From the NCBI GenBank assembly GCA_041484665.1, contig JBGPIA010000009.1:1-64000 (forward strand): a stretch of 64,000 nt of DNA, read 5' to 3'. The DNA is from Candidatus Krumholzibacteriia bacterium (GTDB lineage: Bacteria; Krumholzibacteriota; Krumholzibacteriia; JAJRXK01). The notes beneath the pieces are model-generated. The model worked only from the letters and a program-made list of their open reading frames with translations, was not told where the DNA came from and searched no databases. Numbering within the stretch: position 1 is the first letter of the stretch; each line of letters opens with the position of its first letter. The translations under genes and the position numbers were made by a program. Below, in pieces: positions 56,263 through 64,000 of this stretch.

Positions 56263-57423
56263 TCAGGGCTGCCGCGCCTGCGGCGGCCCAAGCTCCTCGA
56301 AGCAACGCGCGAACGCGGGCTGCATCCAGCGGGTGCGGCCCGCGCGCGTCTCGCCATGCGGTGCGCGTGATGCCCCCGCGGGGGTCCCCGCGCCGTACTC
56401 CACCTCGAAGATGGCTGCGGCCGCTTCCGCGAAGCGCTCTACCCAGCGCAGTCCGGCGCCTCCGCCGACGATGAGCGCGGTGGACAGCACGTCGGCGTCC
56501 GTGGCCGATGGAGAGATCACCGCCGCGCCGCGCTGGGCTGTGACCAGCTTCCCGCTGCGCGGGTCCACGATGTGCCCATGGGGCGGTCCGCCGCTCTCGT
56601 CGCGGTAGAGCGCACTGGACGTGGACAGCGACTGATCGCGCAGCGTGACCACGCCCAGCGTCTCGCCGCGCGGGCCGCGCAGTAGCACCCTCCAGCCCGA
56701 CGTGGCGGCGGGCGCGCCGAGTCCGTACAGCGAGCTGCGGCCGAAGTCGATCCACGCGCGATCGATCCCCCGGGCGCGCAGCACGGCGACCATCGCGTCC
56801 ACCGCGGCCCCCTTGCCGTCGCCGCCGGGATCCAGCGCCATGCCTTTGAGCGTGAGCTCAGCTGTGTCCGGCGGCGCGAGGCGCAGGTGCTGCACGCCCA
56901 CGCGCGCGAGCGCGTGCGCCAACGCTTCTGCCGTGGGCGCCTGAGACCGGTGGAGATCCACCAGCGGGCCCACCGTGATGTCGAAGGTGCCGTCGGTGCG
57001 CACGGATGCCTCACGCGCGCGGGTCAGATAGGCGAACAGTTCGGCCGGCACGACGGCCGGCGCGCCGGCCTGCGCGTTCAGGCGGCTGAGCGGGCTCTGC
57101 GGCTGGTAGTTGCTGAGCAGGGCGTCCAGACGCTGGGCCTCCTGCAGCGCGGCCTGCAGGGCGGAGTCGGCGGCGGCCGGACGGGGGGCCTCCACGATGA
57201 CGGTGAGCAGCGTGCCCATCACCCAGCGCGTGTCCTGCGCGGTCGCCGGCGCGCCGGCGGGTGCACGCGCCGCGGTCGCCGCGAGCGCCAACGTGCAAAG
57301 GAGCGCCTGCGTCGCGAGCAAGGTGGCTGGCACAGCGCGTGCCGTGCCAGGTGTGGCACTCGTACGGAGAGCGCCGCAAGCGCCAAACCGGCGACGCTGC
57401 CCCGCCCGTCCGTGACGTCTCAT
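56263..57423 (-). CDS. apbE: FAD:protein FMN transferase
   Basis: VMGT, LSNY...S.LSRLN, GTFDITVGPL, LDPGGDGKG.AVD, SLSTS, HIVDPRSG and ADVLSTA motifs; ATGA overlap with the upstream gene. Confidence 0.9.
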   Translation of the reverse strand: MRRHGRAGQRRRFGACGALRTSATPGTARAVPATLLATQALLCTLALAATAARAPAGAPATAQDTRWVMGTLLTVIVEAPRPAAADSALQAALQEAQRLDALLSNYQPQSPLSRLNAQAGAPAVVPAELFAYLTRAREASVRTDGTFDITVGPLVDLHRSQAPTAEALAHALARVGVQHLRLAPPDTAELTLKGMALDPGGDGKGAAVDAMVAVLRARGIDRAWIDFGRSSLYGLGAPAATSGWRVLLRGPRGETLGVVTLRDQSLSTSSALYRDESGGPPHGHIVDPRSGKLVTAQRGAAVISPSATDADVLSTALIVGGGAGLRWVERFAEAAAAIFEVEYGAGTPAGASRAPHGETRAGRTRWMQPAFARCFEELGPPQARQP

Positions 57424-57956
57424 GGCACCTGGGGCTGGGGGCCCGGGCGCGACTCGGTGTCGGTGTAGCCATTGCGCTGCGGGCGGAGCACCCCCACCAC
57501 CAGCGCTCCGATCAAGAGGGCGAGCGCCAGTTGCAACAGCAGAAACGACGCCACCTTGACCCAGGCGAACGCGGGATGGACGAAGCGCACCGCCCAGCTG
57601 CTCAGCTCGTCGAGCAAGGCACTGCTGAACGCAACCAACACGAGGGTGGACTTCACGCGCCGCGACGTGGGCAGGAACAGCAGCAGGTGCGTCAGGGTCA
57701 TCACCAGCGTGCCCATGGCGAAGAGATGGAAATGGCTCACCTCGGCCAGCGCTCCCAGGGGCCGCGCGGGCTGCCCGAACTCCGCCCGCGGATCGCCACG
57801 GTAGTAGGCCACCACGGTGGCCGGCCGCAGGTCCATCTTCTGGAAGTAGAGGATCCAATTGGTGGCCCAGAACAGTGCTGCGAACACCAGGAACATCATG
57901 AGGATCAGCCGCAGCATGTCGTTGCGGCTCCACTCGCCGGTCACGGTGAAACGCAC
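57420..57956 (-). CDS. Small integral membrane protein (~4 TM) with intramembrane His residues
   Basis: Hydrophobic helices with EVSHFHLFAMG and TLTHLL; lies between the FMN-binding gene and apbE. Confidence 0.75.
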   Translation of the reverse strand: MRFTVTGEWSRNDMLRLILMMFLVFAALFWATNWILYFQKMDLRPATVVAYYRGDPRAEFGQPARPLGALAEVSHFHLFAMGTLVMTLTHLLLFLPTSRRVKSTLVLVAFSSALLDELSSWAVRFVHPAFAWVKVASFLLLQLALALLIGALVVGVLRPQRNGYTDTESRPGPQPQVP

Positions 57957-57959
57957 GGC

Positions 57960-58607
57960 TCAGCTCCCTTCGTGCAGCGTGGGGGCCACCTCGATCTCGA
58001 ACACCGCTCTCACCCGCCGGATCGCGGCCGTCACCGCGCCGGCGGTCAAGGTGCTGCCCGCGATCCCCGCGATGCCGCCGCGCAGGCGCAGGTCTTCGCT
58101 CAAGCCCCTCCCCGCGAATTGCTGCAACCAACGGGGGGGCGGCATGTACTCGGCCGGCTCATGGAAGGCCAGCAGGTGCACGGCGGAGGTGCGGCCGTGC
58201 GCGTCGAGCACGACCAGGATCGTCTCGGGCAGCGTGCGCACGGTGTGCGTCTCGAAGAAGGCGTATCCCTGCGTGGTCCCCTGCTTGACCCCGACGTACA
58301 TCGAGACCAGCCGTGAGGGCAGCGTGCTGCCCGCGCTGGCCTCGATCTTCCGGGCCGCGTCGTCGGACAGGAGAAGATCGTGCACGATCACGGTGTCGGC
58401 GGCGGGAAATGCCAGCCGCAGCGCCGAAGCCCGACTGTGGAAGACCGCCGCGTAGGCCGGGGCGGCCGGCCAGCAGGCCGCACCCAGCGCGGCCAGGACC
58501 GCCGCCCGCGCCAGCACGCGCAGCCGCGCAGGCAGCAACGGCGGCCGCCGCAGAGGCCGCAACGCAGCGCGCGGGTTGAGGCGCCGCAGAGCGCGAACCG
58601 GCCGCAT
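57960..58607 (-). CDS. Exported FMN-binding domain protein (probable flavinylation substrate)
   Basis: Signal peptide AYA-A; FHEP.EY, WLQQFAG and GIAGSTLTA (variant of the [S/T]GA[S/T] motif). Confidence 0.8.
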   Translation of the reverse strand: MRPVRALRRLNPRAALRPLRRPPLLPARLRVLARAAVLAALGAACWPAAPAYAAVFHSRASALRLAFPAADTVIVHDLLLSDDAARKIEASAGSTLPSRLVSMYVGVKQGTTQGYAFFETHTVRTLPETILVVLDAHGRTSAVHLLAFHEPAEYMPPPRWLQQFAGRGLSEDLRLRGGIAGIAGSTLTAGAVTAAIRRVRAVFEIEVAPTLHEGS

Positions 58608-58609
58608 GG

Positions 58610-60001
58610 CTAGAACACGAACCCGGCGCCGACCCGCAGTCGGTCGCTCTCGGGGGCGTGGGCGTCGTTGCTGCGATGGCTGTAATCAGCCTTGAGCACG
58701 ACCACGGGCGTTGGCTTGATCTCAAGGCCGAAGGTCCACAGCCGTGCCGCCAGCGACCGATCGGCGGAGCGTGGGGTCGTGGGATCCCCGGGCAGCGGGA
58801 CGCTGGGCACGCTCGCCTGCAGGTCGTAGGCCTCTACGCGCGCCCATGGCAGCACCGCGACCGGGCCGGGCAGCTTGAGGGCGGGCGCGAGGTCGAAGGC
58901 CGCCTCGAGGTAGGCGCCCCACTGCGTCGCGGGAACGAGCTGGCTCGAGGCGGAAGGCCCAGAGTCGGGGTAAAGCGCGCGCGTGAGATCCGCGGCCGCG
59001 TCGATCCGCGTCCCGGCGACGAGCGCGCGCGCCTCGAAACCGCGGTGGCGCACCTGGGCGTGCGCCTCGTACACGGCGGTCCACGCAGCGAGGCGGCGGC
59101 CGGCAAACTCCTGCCCCTGATCCGCCTGGCCTCCGTAGAACGAGCCGCCCACCTGCAAGCGATCGTGATGGCTGTACTCCAGGGCCAGCACGCCCGCGAC
59201 GTCCTCCCACAGGGCGCGATTGCCCTCCTGGTGTCCTTCCCGGATGCCCTCGCTGGAGAAGTGCCCCGCGTTGAGACCGTTCACCACGCCGGCGCTGTAG
59301 CGCAACCCGTCGATGAGCGTGCCGTGGGCTTGCACGCCCAGCTCGCGCCAGGTGGTGGGGATGAGGGTCCGCTCGACCTGGGGGCGCAACACTCCGTGGT
59401 AGAAGGCGGGCTCGTGCATCGTGTTGAGCAGGCCGATGGGCAGCAGCAGGTTGCCCGCGCGCAGATTGAGGCGGGAATGGAGCAGGAACTCGAGGTAGGA
59501 GAACTCGACGGCCACCTCGCCCGGCTCACCGTCGTAGCCCTCGCCGGTGGTGGCGTGCTCGAACTCGATCTCGGTGTTCATGAGAACGCGGTCGCTGAAC
59601 TTGTAGCCGACGTAGCTGACGAAACGCAGCAGATCGGCCACCCGGACGTCGCCGGTCGCGGCTGTCTGCGTGACGGGCGCCTCGAAGTAGAACTCGCCGT
59701 AGCCACCCAGCGAGAGACCCGCCGATCGCCGGTACACCTTGCTCGCGGCCGGGCCCATGCCGTAGGCGCCGCGCAACTGCTCGTCGGTCTCGGGGAGCGC
59801 CATCTGCTCCCGGAGCCGCCGGACCTCCGCAGTGAGCAGCTCGACGCGCTGCTCCAGGGAGAGCTGGCTGGCGGCGGTCGAGGCGGAAGCTGCAGCGCCG
59901 TCCGCCTGCGCGAGTGCCGATCGTGCGAAGGGCCCCGGGGTGGCCATTACGATGCAGACCGCGAGCCGGTCCATCCGTCGAGTCCATCGGCTGCCGGGCA
60001 T
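58610..60001 (-). CDS. Outer-membrane porin-like protein
   Basis: Signal peptide; N-terminal coiled coil; LGGYGE, EIEFEH, VEFSYL and IPTTWRELG motifs; C-terminal beta-signal GAGFVF. Confidence 0.82.
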   Translation of the reverse strand: MPGSRWTRRMDRLAVCIVMATPGPFARSALAQADGAAASASTAASQLSLEQRVELLTAEVRRLREQMALPETDEQLRGAYGMGPAASKVYRRSAGLSLGGYGEFYFEAPVTQTAATGDVRVADLLRFVSYVGYKFSDRVLMNTEIEFEHATTGEGYDGEPGEVAVEFSYLEFLLHSRLNLRAGNLLLPIGLLNTMHEPAFYHGVLRPQVERTLIPTTWRELGVQAHGTLIDGLRYSAGVVNGLNAGHFSSEGIREGHQEGNRALWEDVAGVLALEYSHHDRLQVGGSFYGGQADQGQEFAGRRLAAWTAVYEAHAQVRHRGFEARALVAGTRIDAAADLTRALYPDSGPSASSQLVPATQWGAYLEAAFDLAPALKLPGPVAVLPWARVEAYDLQASVPSVPLPGDPTTPRSADRSLAARLWTFGLEIKPTPVVVLKADYSHRSNDAHAPESDRLRVGAGFVF

Positions 60002-60092
60002 GGTCTACGTCCTCCTCTCCCGAACGCGTCCGGGAATCTCGAGCCACTGATCGACCCGCAACTGGCTGGTTGGCAGCCAGGTTGGGCTGTGC

Positions 60093-60121
60093 ATGAAATT
60101 GAAAAGGATTCTCAATTTCAT
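60093..60121. promoter_or_regulatory. Fur-box-like palindromic operator
   Basis: ATGAAATTGA-AAAGGATTC-TCAATTTCAT, a perfect 10-bp inverted repeat; the core reads AATTGAGAATCCTTTTCAATT on the minus strand. Confidence 0.75.
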
Positions 60122-60132
60122 TCGTGCCCGAC

Positions 60133-60161
60133 AACGTAGCCCCTCGCCCGGCTCCCGTCAA
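60133..60161 (-). promoter_or_regulatory. Sigma70 promoter of the porin-apbE operon
   Basis: TTGACG (60161-60156) -17 bp- TACGTT (60138-60133); the palindrome lies just downstream of the predicted TSS. Confidence 0.6.
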
Positions 60162-60233
60162 GGCGCCGCAGGAGGCTTTGGCCGGATGGCGTGGCGTGTG
60201 GGTTCCCGGGGGGGTCGGTGACGGTCCGAGGTG

Positions 60234-60737
60234 CTAGTGCGGTGCGCGCATCCAGCGGCCGACCTCCAGAAGGTGGCCGGCGGGATCGCGCAGGTAGGCC
60301 GAGCGCATGCCCCACGGCGTGTCGTGCGGCTCGCGCACGGCGACCGCGCCCAGCTCCACGGCTGCCTCGAAAACGGCCTGGACGTCCTCGACCAGGAACG
60401 ACAGCGACACCCGCTCGTCGTGCGGGTTGGGCACGGCGGCCAGGCCCACCACGTCGATCAGGTTGCGCTCGTCGGTGAGTGTGAGGGTGAGGGCGCCGGC
60501 GCGCAGCTCCACGGTCTCTCCAGTCTCGTACACGCGCTCGAAGCCGAAGGTGCCTTCGTAGAACTCGGACAGCTCCTCGACGTCGGAGCAGTACAGGACG
60601 ACGTAGGCCAGGTGGGGGCTGCGTTGGAGCTCCTCGCGGTCGCTGGAGGGCATGTCGTCCAGCTCGACCTGCTCGGGGTCGAGGCGCTCGTGGTCGTCGG
60701 CGTCGAAATCGCCGTCGAACGGAATCCGTCCGCCCAT
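60234..60737 (-). CDS. VOC/glyoxalase family protein with acidic N-terminal extension
   Basis: YVVLYCSDVEELSEFY..TFGF, FLVEDV and PWGMRSAYLRDPAGHLLEV motifs. Confidence 0.85.
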   Translation of the reverse strand: MGGRIPFDGDFDADDHERLDPEQVELDDMPSSDREELQRSPHLAYVVLYCSDVEELSEFYEGTFGFERVYETGETVELRAGALTLTLTDERNLIDVVGLAAVPNPHDERVSLSFLVEDVQAVFEAAVELGAVAVREPHDTPWGMRSAYLRDPAGHLLEVGRWMRAPH

Positions 60738-60857
60738 TGCGCCGCCCCCGTTCTCGCGCCATTCGCCCGTCGCGCCGGACTCCTGTCGCGTCGCTCGCGT
60801 GTGGTTCTCGTGGCGCGCGTCGTGTCGCTCGCGGTGCTCGCCGCTCTGCGCCCGCCG

Positions 60858-62039
60858 TCAGCCCAGGATCCCGTAGCGATAGCCGCTGCTGATCGCGCGA
60901 CCCGCGCGAAAGCGCAGCGGATCGAACAGCTCGGGCGGGAACGCCCGCGGCTGCCCGTCGACGATCCACTCGGCGACGCCGCGTCCGACCGCCGGCGCCA
61001 GCTTGAAGCCGTGGCCACTGAAGCCCGTGACCAGCAGGGCGCCCTCCGCGCCCGGCAGCGGCCCGATCACCGGGTGCGCGTCGGGGGTCACGGTGTACAG
61101 CGCCCCGCAGCCGCCCCAGATCGTGGCCCGTGCGTACGCGGGGAGGCGGCGCGCCACGCCGGCGCGGCAGCGCTGGACGAACTCGGCGCTCACTCCCTCG
61201 TCGTAGTGGTCCGGGTCGTCGACGTGCTCATCGTCATCATAGCTCAGGGCGCCCACACGGGTGTGACGCGGCCCCTCGCTCTTCCAGTACAACCCAAGGC
61301 GCAGATCGCCGAAGATGGGGGTAGGCCCCCCGAAGCCCGCCGGCGGCTCCAGGAACGTCTGCTGCGGGCGGACCACTCGCAATGGGATGCCGCCACAATG
61401 CCACGCGTCCAGCAGCCGGACCGACCAGGGGCCTGCCGCCAGCACCACGCGCGCCGTGCGGATCACACCGTGGCTGGTGACCACCCCCGTCACGCGTCGA
61501 CCGTCGCGTACCAGGCCGGTGAGCTCTTCACCGAAGCTCGTCTGCACCCCGGCACGCTGCGCCACCGCCACCAGCGCCTCCACGGTCAGGCGCGGGTCCA
61601 CGACGCCCGAGTCCTCCTCGTAACAGCCGATCGCGTCCTCCTCGTAGGTCGCGCGCGGCTCGATCGCAGAGAGCTCGGCCTCCTCCACCATGCGGGTGGG
61701 AACGCCCAGGCGAGTCTGCATGGCCACATTCTGGGCGAGCGCCGCGCGATCGGCCGCGTGCAGCAGGAAGATCATGCCGCGCTGCGTGAACCCGATGGGG
61801 ATACCGTGCACTTGCGCGAAAGAGCGGTAATAGAGCAGCCCCTCGCGCGCCATGCGGACGGTCTCCTGGCGGCTGTAGTGCTGGCGCAAGATTGCGCCGC
61901 TCTTGCCCGTCTCGCCGGCACCGGGGTAGCTGCGCTCGAGCAGCCAGACGCGGCCCGCCTTGCGTTGCGCGAGCTCGACGGCGATCGCGGCACCCATGAT
62001 GCCGCCACCGGCGATGACGATGTCGGCCGTGCGCGCCAT
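60858..62039 (-). CDS. FAD-dependent oxidoreductase, DAO/sarcosine oxidase beta family
   Basis: IAGGGIMG, GETGKSGAILR, VLAAGPWS, TPDAHPVIG and GFSGHGFKLAP motifs. Confidence 0.9.
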   Translation of the reverse strand: MARTADIVIAGGGIMGAAIAVELAQRKAGRVWLLERSYPGAGETGKSGAILRQHYSRQETVRMAREGLLYYRSFAQVHGIPIGFTQRGMIFLLHAADRAALAQNVAMQTRLGVPTRMVEEAELSAIEPRATYEEDAIGCYEEDSGVVDPRLTVEALVAVAQRAGVQTSFGEELTGLVRDGRRVTGVVTSHGVIRTARVVLAAGPWSVRLLDAWHCGGIPLRVVRPQQTFLEPPAGFGGPTPIFGDLRLGLYWKSEGPRHTRVGALSYDDDEHVDDPDHYDEGVSAEFVQRCRAGVARRLPAYARATIWGGCGALYTVTPDAHPVIGPLPGAEGALLVTGFSGHGFKLAPAVGRGVAEWIVDGQPRAFPPELFDPLRFRAGRAISSGYRYGILG

Positions 62040-62080
62040 CGCGGGTCAGGAGCGCCGCGCGGGCGCGACGTGCGCCGCGT

Positions 62081-64000
62081 TCACTGCGAGTCTCCGGGCG
62101 CCGACGCCGGTCGGGACGCTGCTGCGGCCAGGGCAGGTGCCGGACCGCCTGGCGCGGGCGCCTGGCCCAGTGCGGTGCGCAGCGCGCGCTCGAAGCCGGG
62201 GTGCAGCCCCCGGCCGAGCTGCACGCTGCGGCGCGCGTACTCGGCGGCCTCGCGGGCCCGCCCTTCCTGCAGCAGGACCACGGCCATGTTGTTGTAGGGA
62301 TCGGGGTCGGTGGGCTCCAGCGCGATCGCGCGCCGCAGCGCCGTCTCGCTCGCGGCGAGCTTGCCCAGCCAATAGCGAGCCAGCCCGAGGTTCGTCCACG
62401 CCTGCCCGTACGTGGAGTCGGCGTTGACCGCGCGCATGAGCACGTCTTCGGCCCGCTGCATCTGGTCGAGCTGGCCGAGTTGGCAGAGCGTCTCCCCGAA
62501 CATCCCGAGATTGCGCGCCGTGGGCGCCTGCTCCGCCAGCCGCGCGCGCACCTGCGCGGCGGCTGCTAGCTCGCCCCGCGCGGCGAGCCCCATGCCCAGG
62601 ATCTCCTGCAGCTCCTCCGACGTCGGGAAGCGCTGCAGCGCCTGCCGCGCGATGTCGGCCGCCCCGGCAGCGTCGCCCTGCTGCAGCAGGATGCCGGCGA
62701 GATTGGCGGCAACCAGCGGCGAATCCGGCGCGAGGTCCACCGCGCGCCGCGCGAGGTCGCGCGCCTGTGGCCCGCGGCCGGCGCTCTGGTACAGGCCCGC
62801 CAGGTTGGTCGCGGCGCGAAAGCTCCGCGGGTTAGCCCGCAGGCTCGACTCCCACACCGTCGTCTCGTTCGCCCATGCGCCCGACAGCAGCGCTGCCCAG
62901 ACCGCCAGTCCGGCCAGCGCCACCAGAGCGGCCCCGCGCGCCAGTGCCGCGCTCGTGACCCGGCGCAGCCCGCTCGCGGCCAGGCCGCCCAGCGCCAGGC
63001 AGAACCCGCACGAGGGCAGGTACAGGTAGTGCTCGGCGAAGACCTCGGTGATGGGAAGGATCCCCGAGGTCGGAATCCAGCTCAGCAGCAGGAACCACAC
63101 CCCCAGCAGCACAGCCGGCTGGCGGCGGCGGGCGCGCCAGGCAGCCGCGACGAGCGAGAGCGCCAGTGCCGCTCCCACGACCGAGCGCGCGGACCAGCCC
63201 GCTCCGACGGCGATCGTCCCCCACCAGTCCGGCACGCTGCGCCAGGGGAGCGCGAGCTGCGCGAGCGCCACCGCCAGCACGTGCAGCGCGGTGCCCAGAT
63301 TGACGAACACGGCGCCCCATTGCTGCCGGGGTACGGCGGTGCCCGGCCGGATCCACAGTGCGTAGACCACGAAGGCCAATGTCAGCGCCGCCCACAGCGC
63401 CCAGAAGGCTGTGCGTGCACGCAGCGCCGCGCGCCAGGGACGCGCGCTGCCGTCGCGCGCCGCGCACCAGACGTCGGCGAGCAGCAATGCGACGGGGAGC
63501 GTGACCGCGGACTCCTTGCAGAGCGCCGCGAGTGCGCCCACGGCGACGACCGCGGCCGCGCGCCACCACCCGCCCCGCTCGCGGTACGACAGGAAGAGCA
63601 GCACCGCGGCCAGGTAGAACGCCGTCACCAGCAGGTCCTTGCGCGCGCTCACATAGGCGACCGTCCCCACGTGGGCCGGCAGGACGGCGAACACCGCTGC
63701 GGCCGCCAGCGCCGTCGCGCGCGGCAGCCTCAGGCGCAGCGCCACCGCGCACAAGAGCGCGGCGCAGGCCGCGTGCAGCGCCACGTTGGTCGCGTGGAAC
63801 AACCAGGGGGCGCCGCTGCCGAGGTTCCAGTCGACGGCCAGCGACACGAAGCGGATCGGGCGGTAGTTCACCAGCTCGTGGTGCCACAGCGCCAGCGCGC
63901 GCGCGGGCGCGCCCCAGCCGTGCAGCGCGAGATTCTGGACGATGCCCGCGACGTCATCGAAGACGAAACCGTAGGTGAGCGTCCTCAGGAACGGCAGCGT
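62081..64000 (-). CDS. TMTC-like GT-C membrane glycosyltransferase with C-terminal TPRs (5' end beyond the window)
   Basis: Frame stays open to the edge and reads GFVFDD..GIV.N; YRP, FHATNVALH, KESA and EHYLYLPS motifs; TPR repeats. Confidence 0.85.
   Translation of the reverse strand, partial: TLPFLRTLTYGFVFDDVAGIVQNLALHGWGAPARALALWHHELVNYRPIRFVSLAVDWNLGSGAPWLFHATNVALHAACAALLCAVALRLRLPRATALAAAAVFAVLPAHVGTVAYVSARKDLLVTAFYLAAVLLFLSYRERGGWWRAAAVVAVGALAALCKESAVTLPVALLLADVWCAARDGSARPWRAALRARTAFWALWAALTLAFVVYALWIRPGTAVPRQQWGAVFVNLGTALHVLAVALAQLALPWRSVPDWWGTIAVGAGWSARSVVGAALALSLVAAAWRARRRQPAVLLGVWFLLLSWIPTSGILPITEVFAEHYLYLPSCGFCLALGGLAASGLRRVTSAALARGAALVALAGLAVWAALLSGAWANETTVWESSLRANPRSFRAATNLAGLYQSAGRGPQARDLARRAVDLAPDSPLVAANLAGILLQQGDAAGAADIARQALQRFPTSEELQEILGMGLAARGELAAAAQVRARLAEQAPTARNLGMFGETLCQLGQLDQMQRAEDVLMRAVNADSTYGQAWTNLGLARYWLGKLAASETALRRAIALEPTDPDPYNNMAVVLLQEGRAREAAEYARRSVQLGRGLHPGFERALRTALGQAPAPGGPAPALAAAASRPASAPGDSQ

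Noticed and set aside
1..64000. Prophage, transposase, integrase, tRNA/rRNA or known defence system
   Set aside because: No such motifs seen. The sirtuin is a canonical CobB and the Abi-like protein is CPBP-type, so neither is evidence of phage defence.

Overview
Very GC-rich bacterial chromosomal DNA, densely coding, with about 48 CDSs. I found no rRNA, tRNA, CRISPR array or mobile element. Six secreted proteins end in a FlgD-Ig/T9SS-CTD-like domain (typically PNPFNP...IYD..GR.V..L...W.G.D..G...ASGVY) and two end in a WGAVK tail. From my recollection of such genomes this suggests an FCB-related candidate lineage (Eisenbacteria/Krumholzibacteria/Latescibacteria-like); the taxon is an inference. 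The main find is a ~14.8 kb operon of nine overlapping genes (12828-27634), all with signal-peptide-like N-termini. It carries at least 4 cohesin-like and 3 dockerin-like modules, an M23-like peptidase, an M10 matrixin and no glycoside hydrolase, so it may encode a cellulosome-like proteolytic surface complex. The second find is an operon of porin, FMN-binding protein, His-containing membrane protein and ApbE (56263-60001) behind a Fur-type palindrome, suggesting flavinylation-based reductive metal uptake. The window also holds a polyphosphate cluster (ppx, apaH, sixA, CHAD), a secreted lysyl-oxidase-domain protein, a FixL/FixJ-like pair, HU, nfo, cobB, a 41-aa ORF missed by the track, and several apparently leaderless genes. 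All domain calls are by-eye motif recognition; no searches were run.
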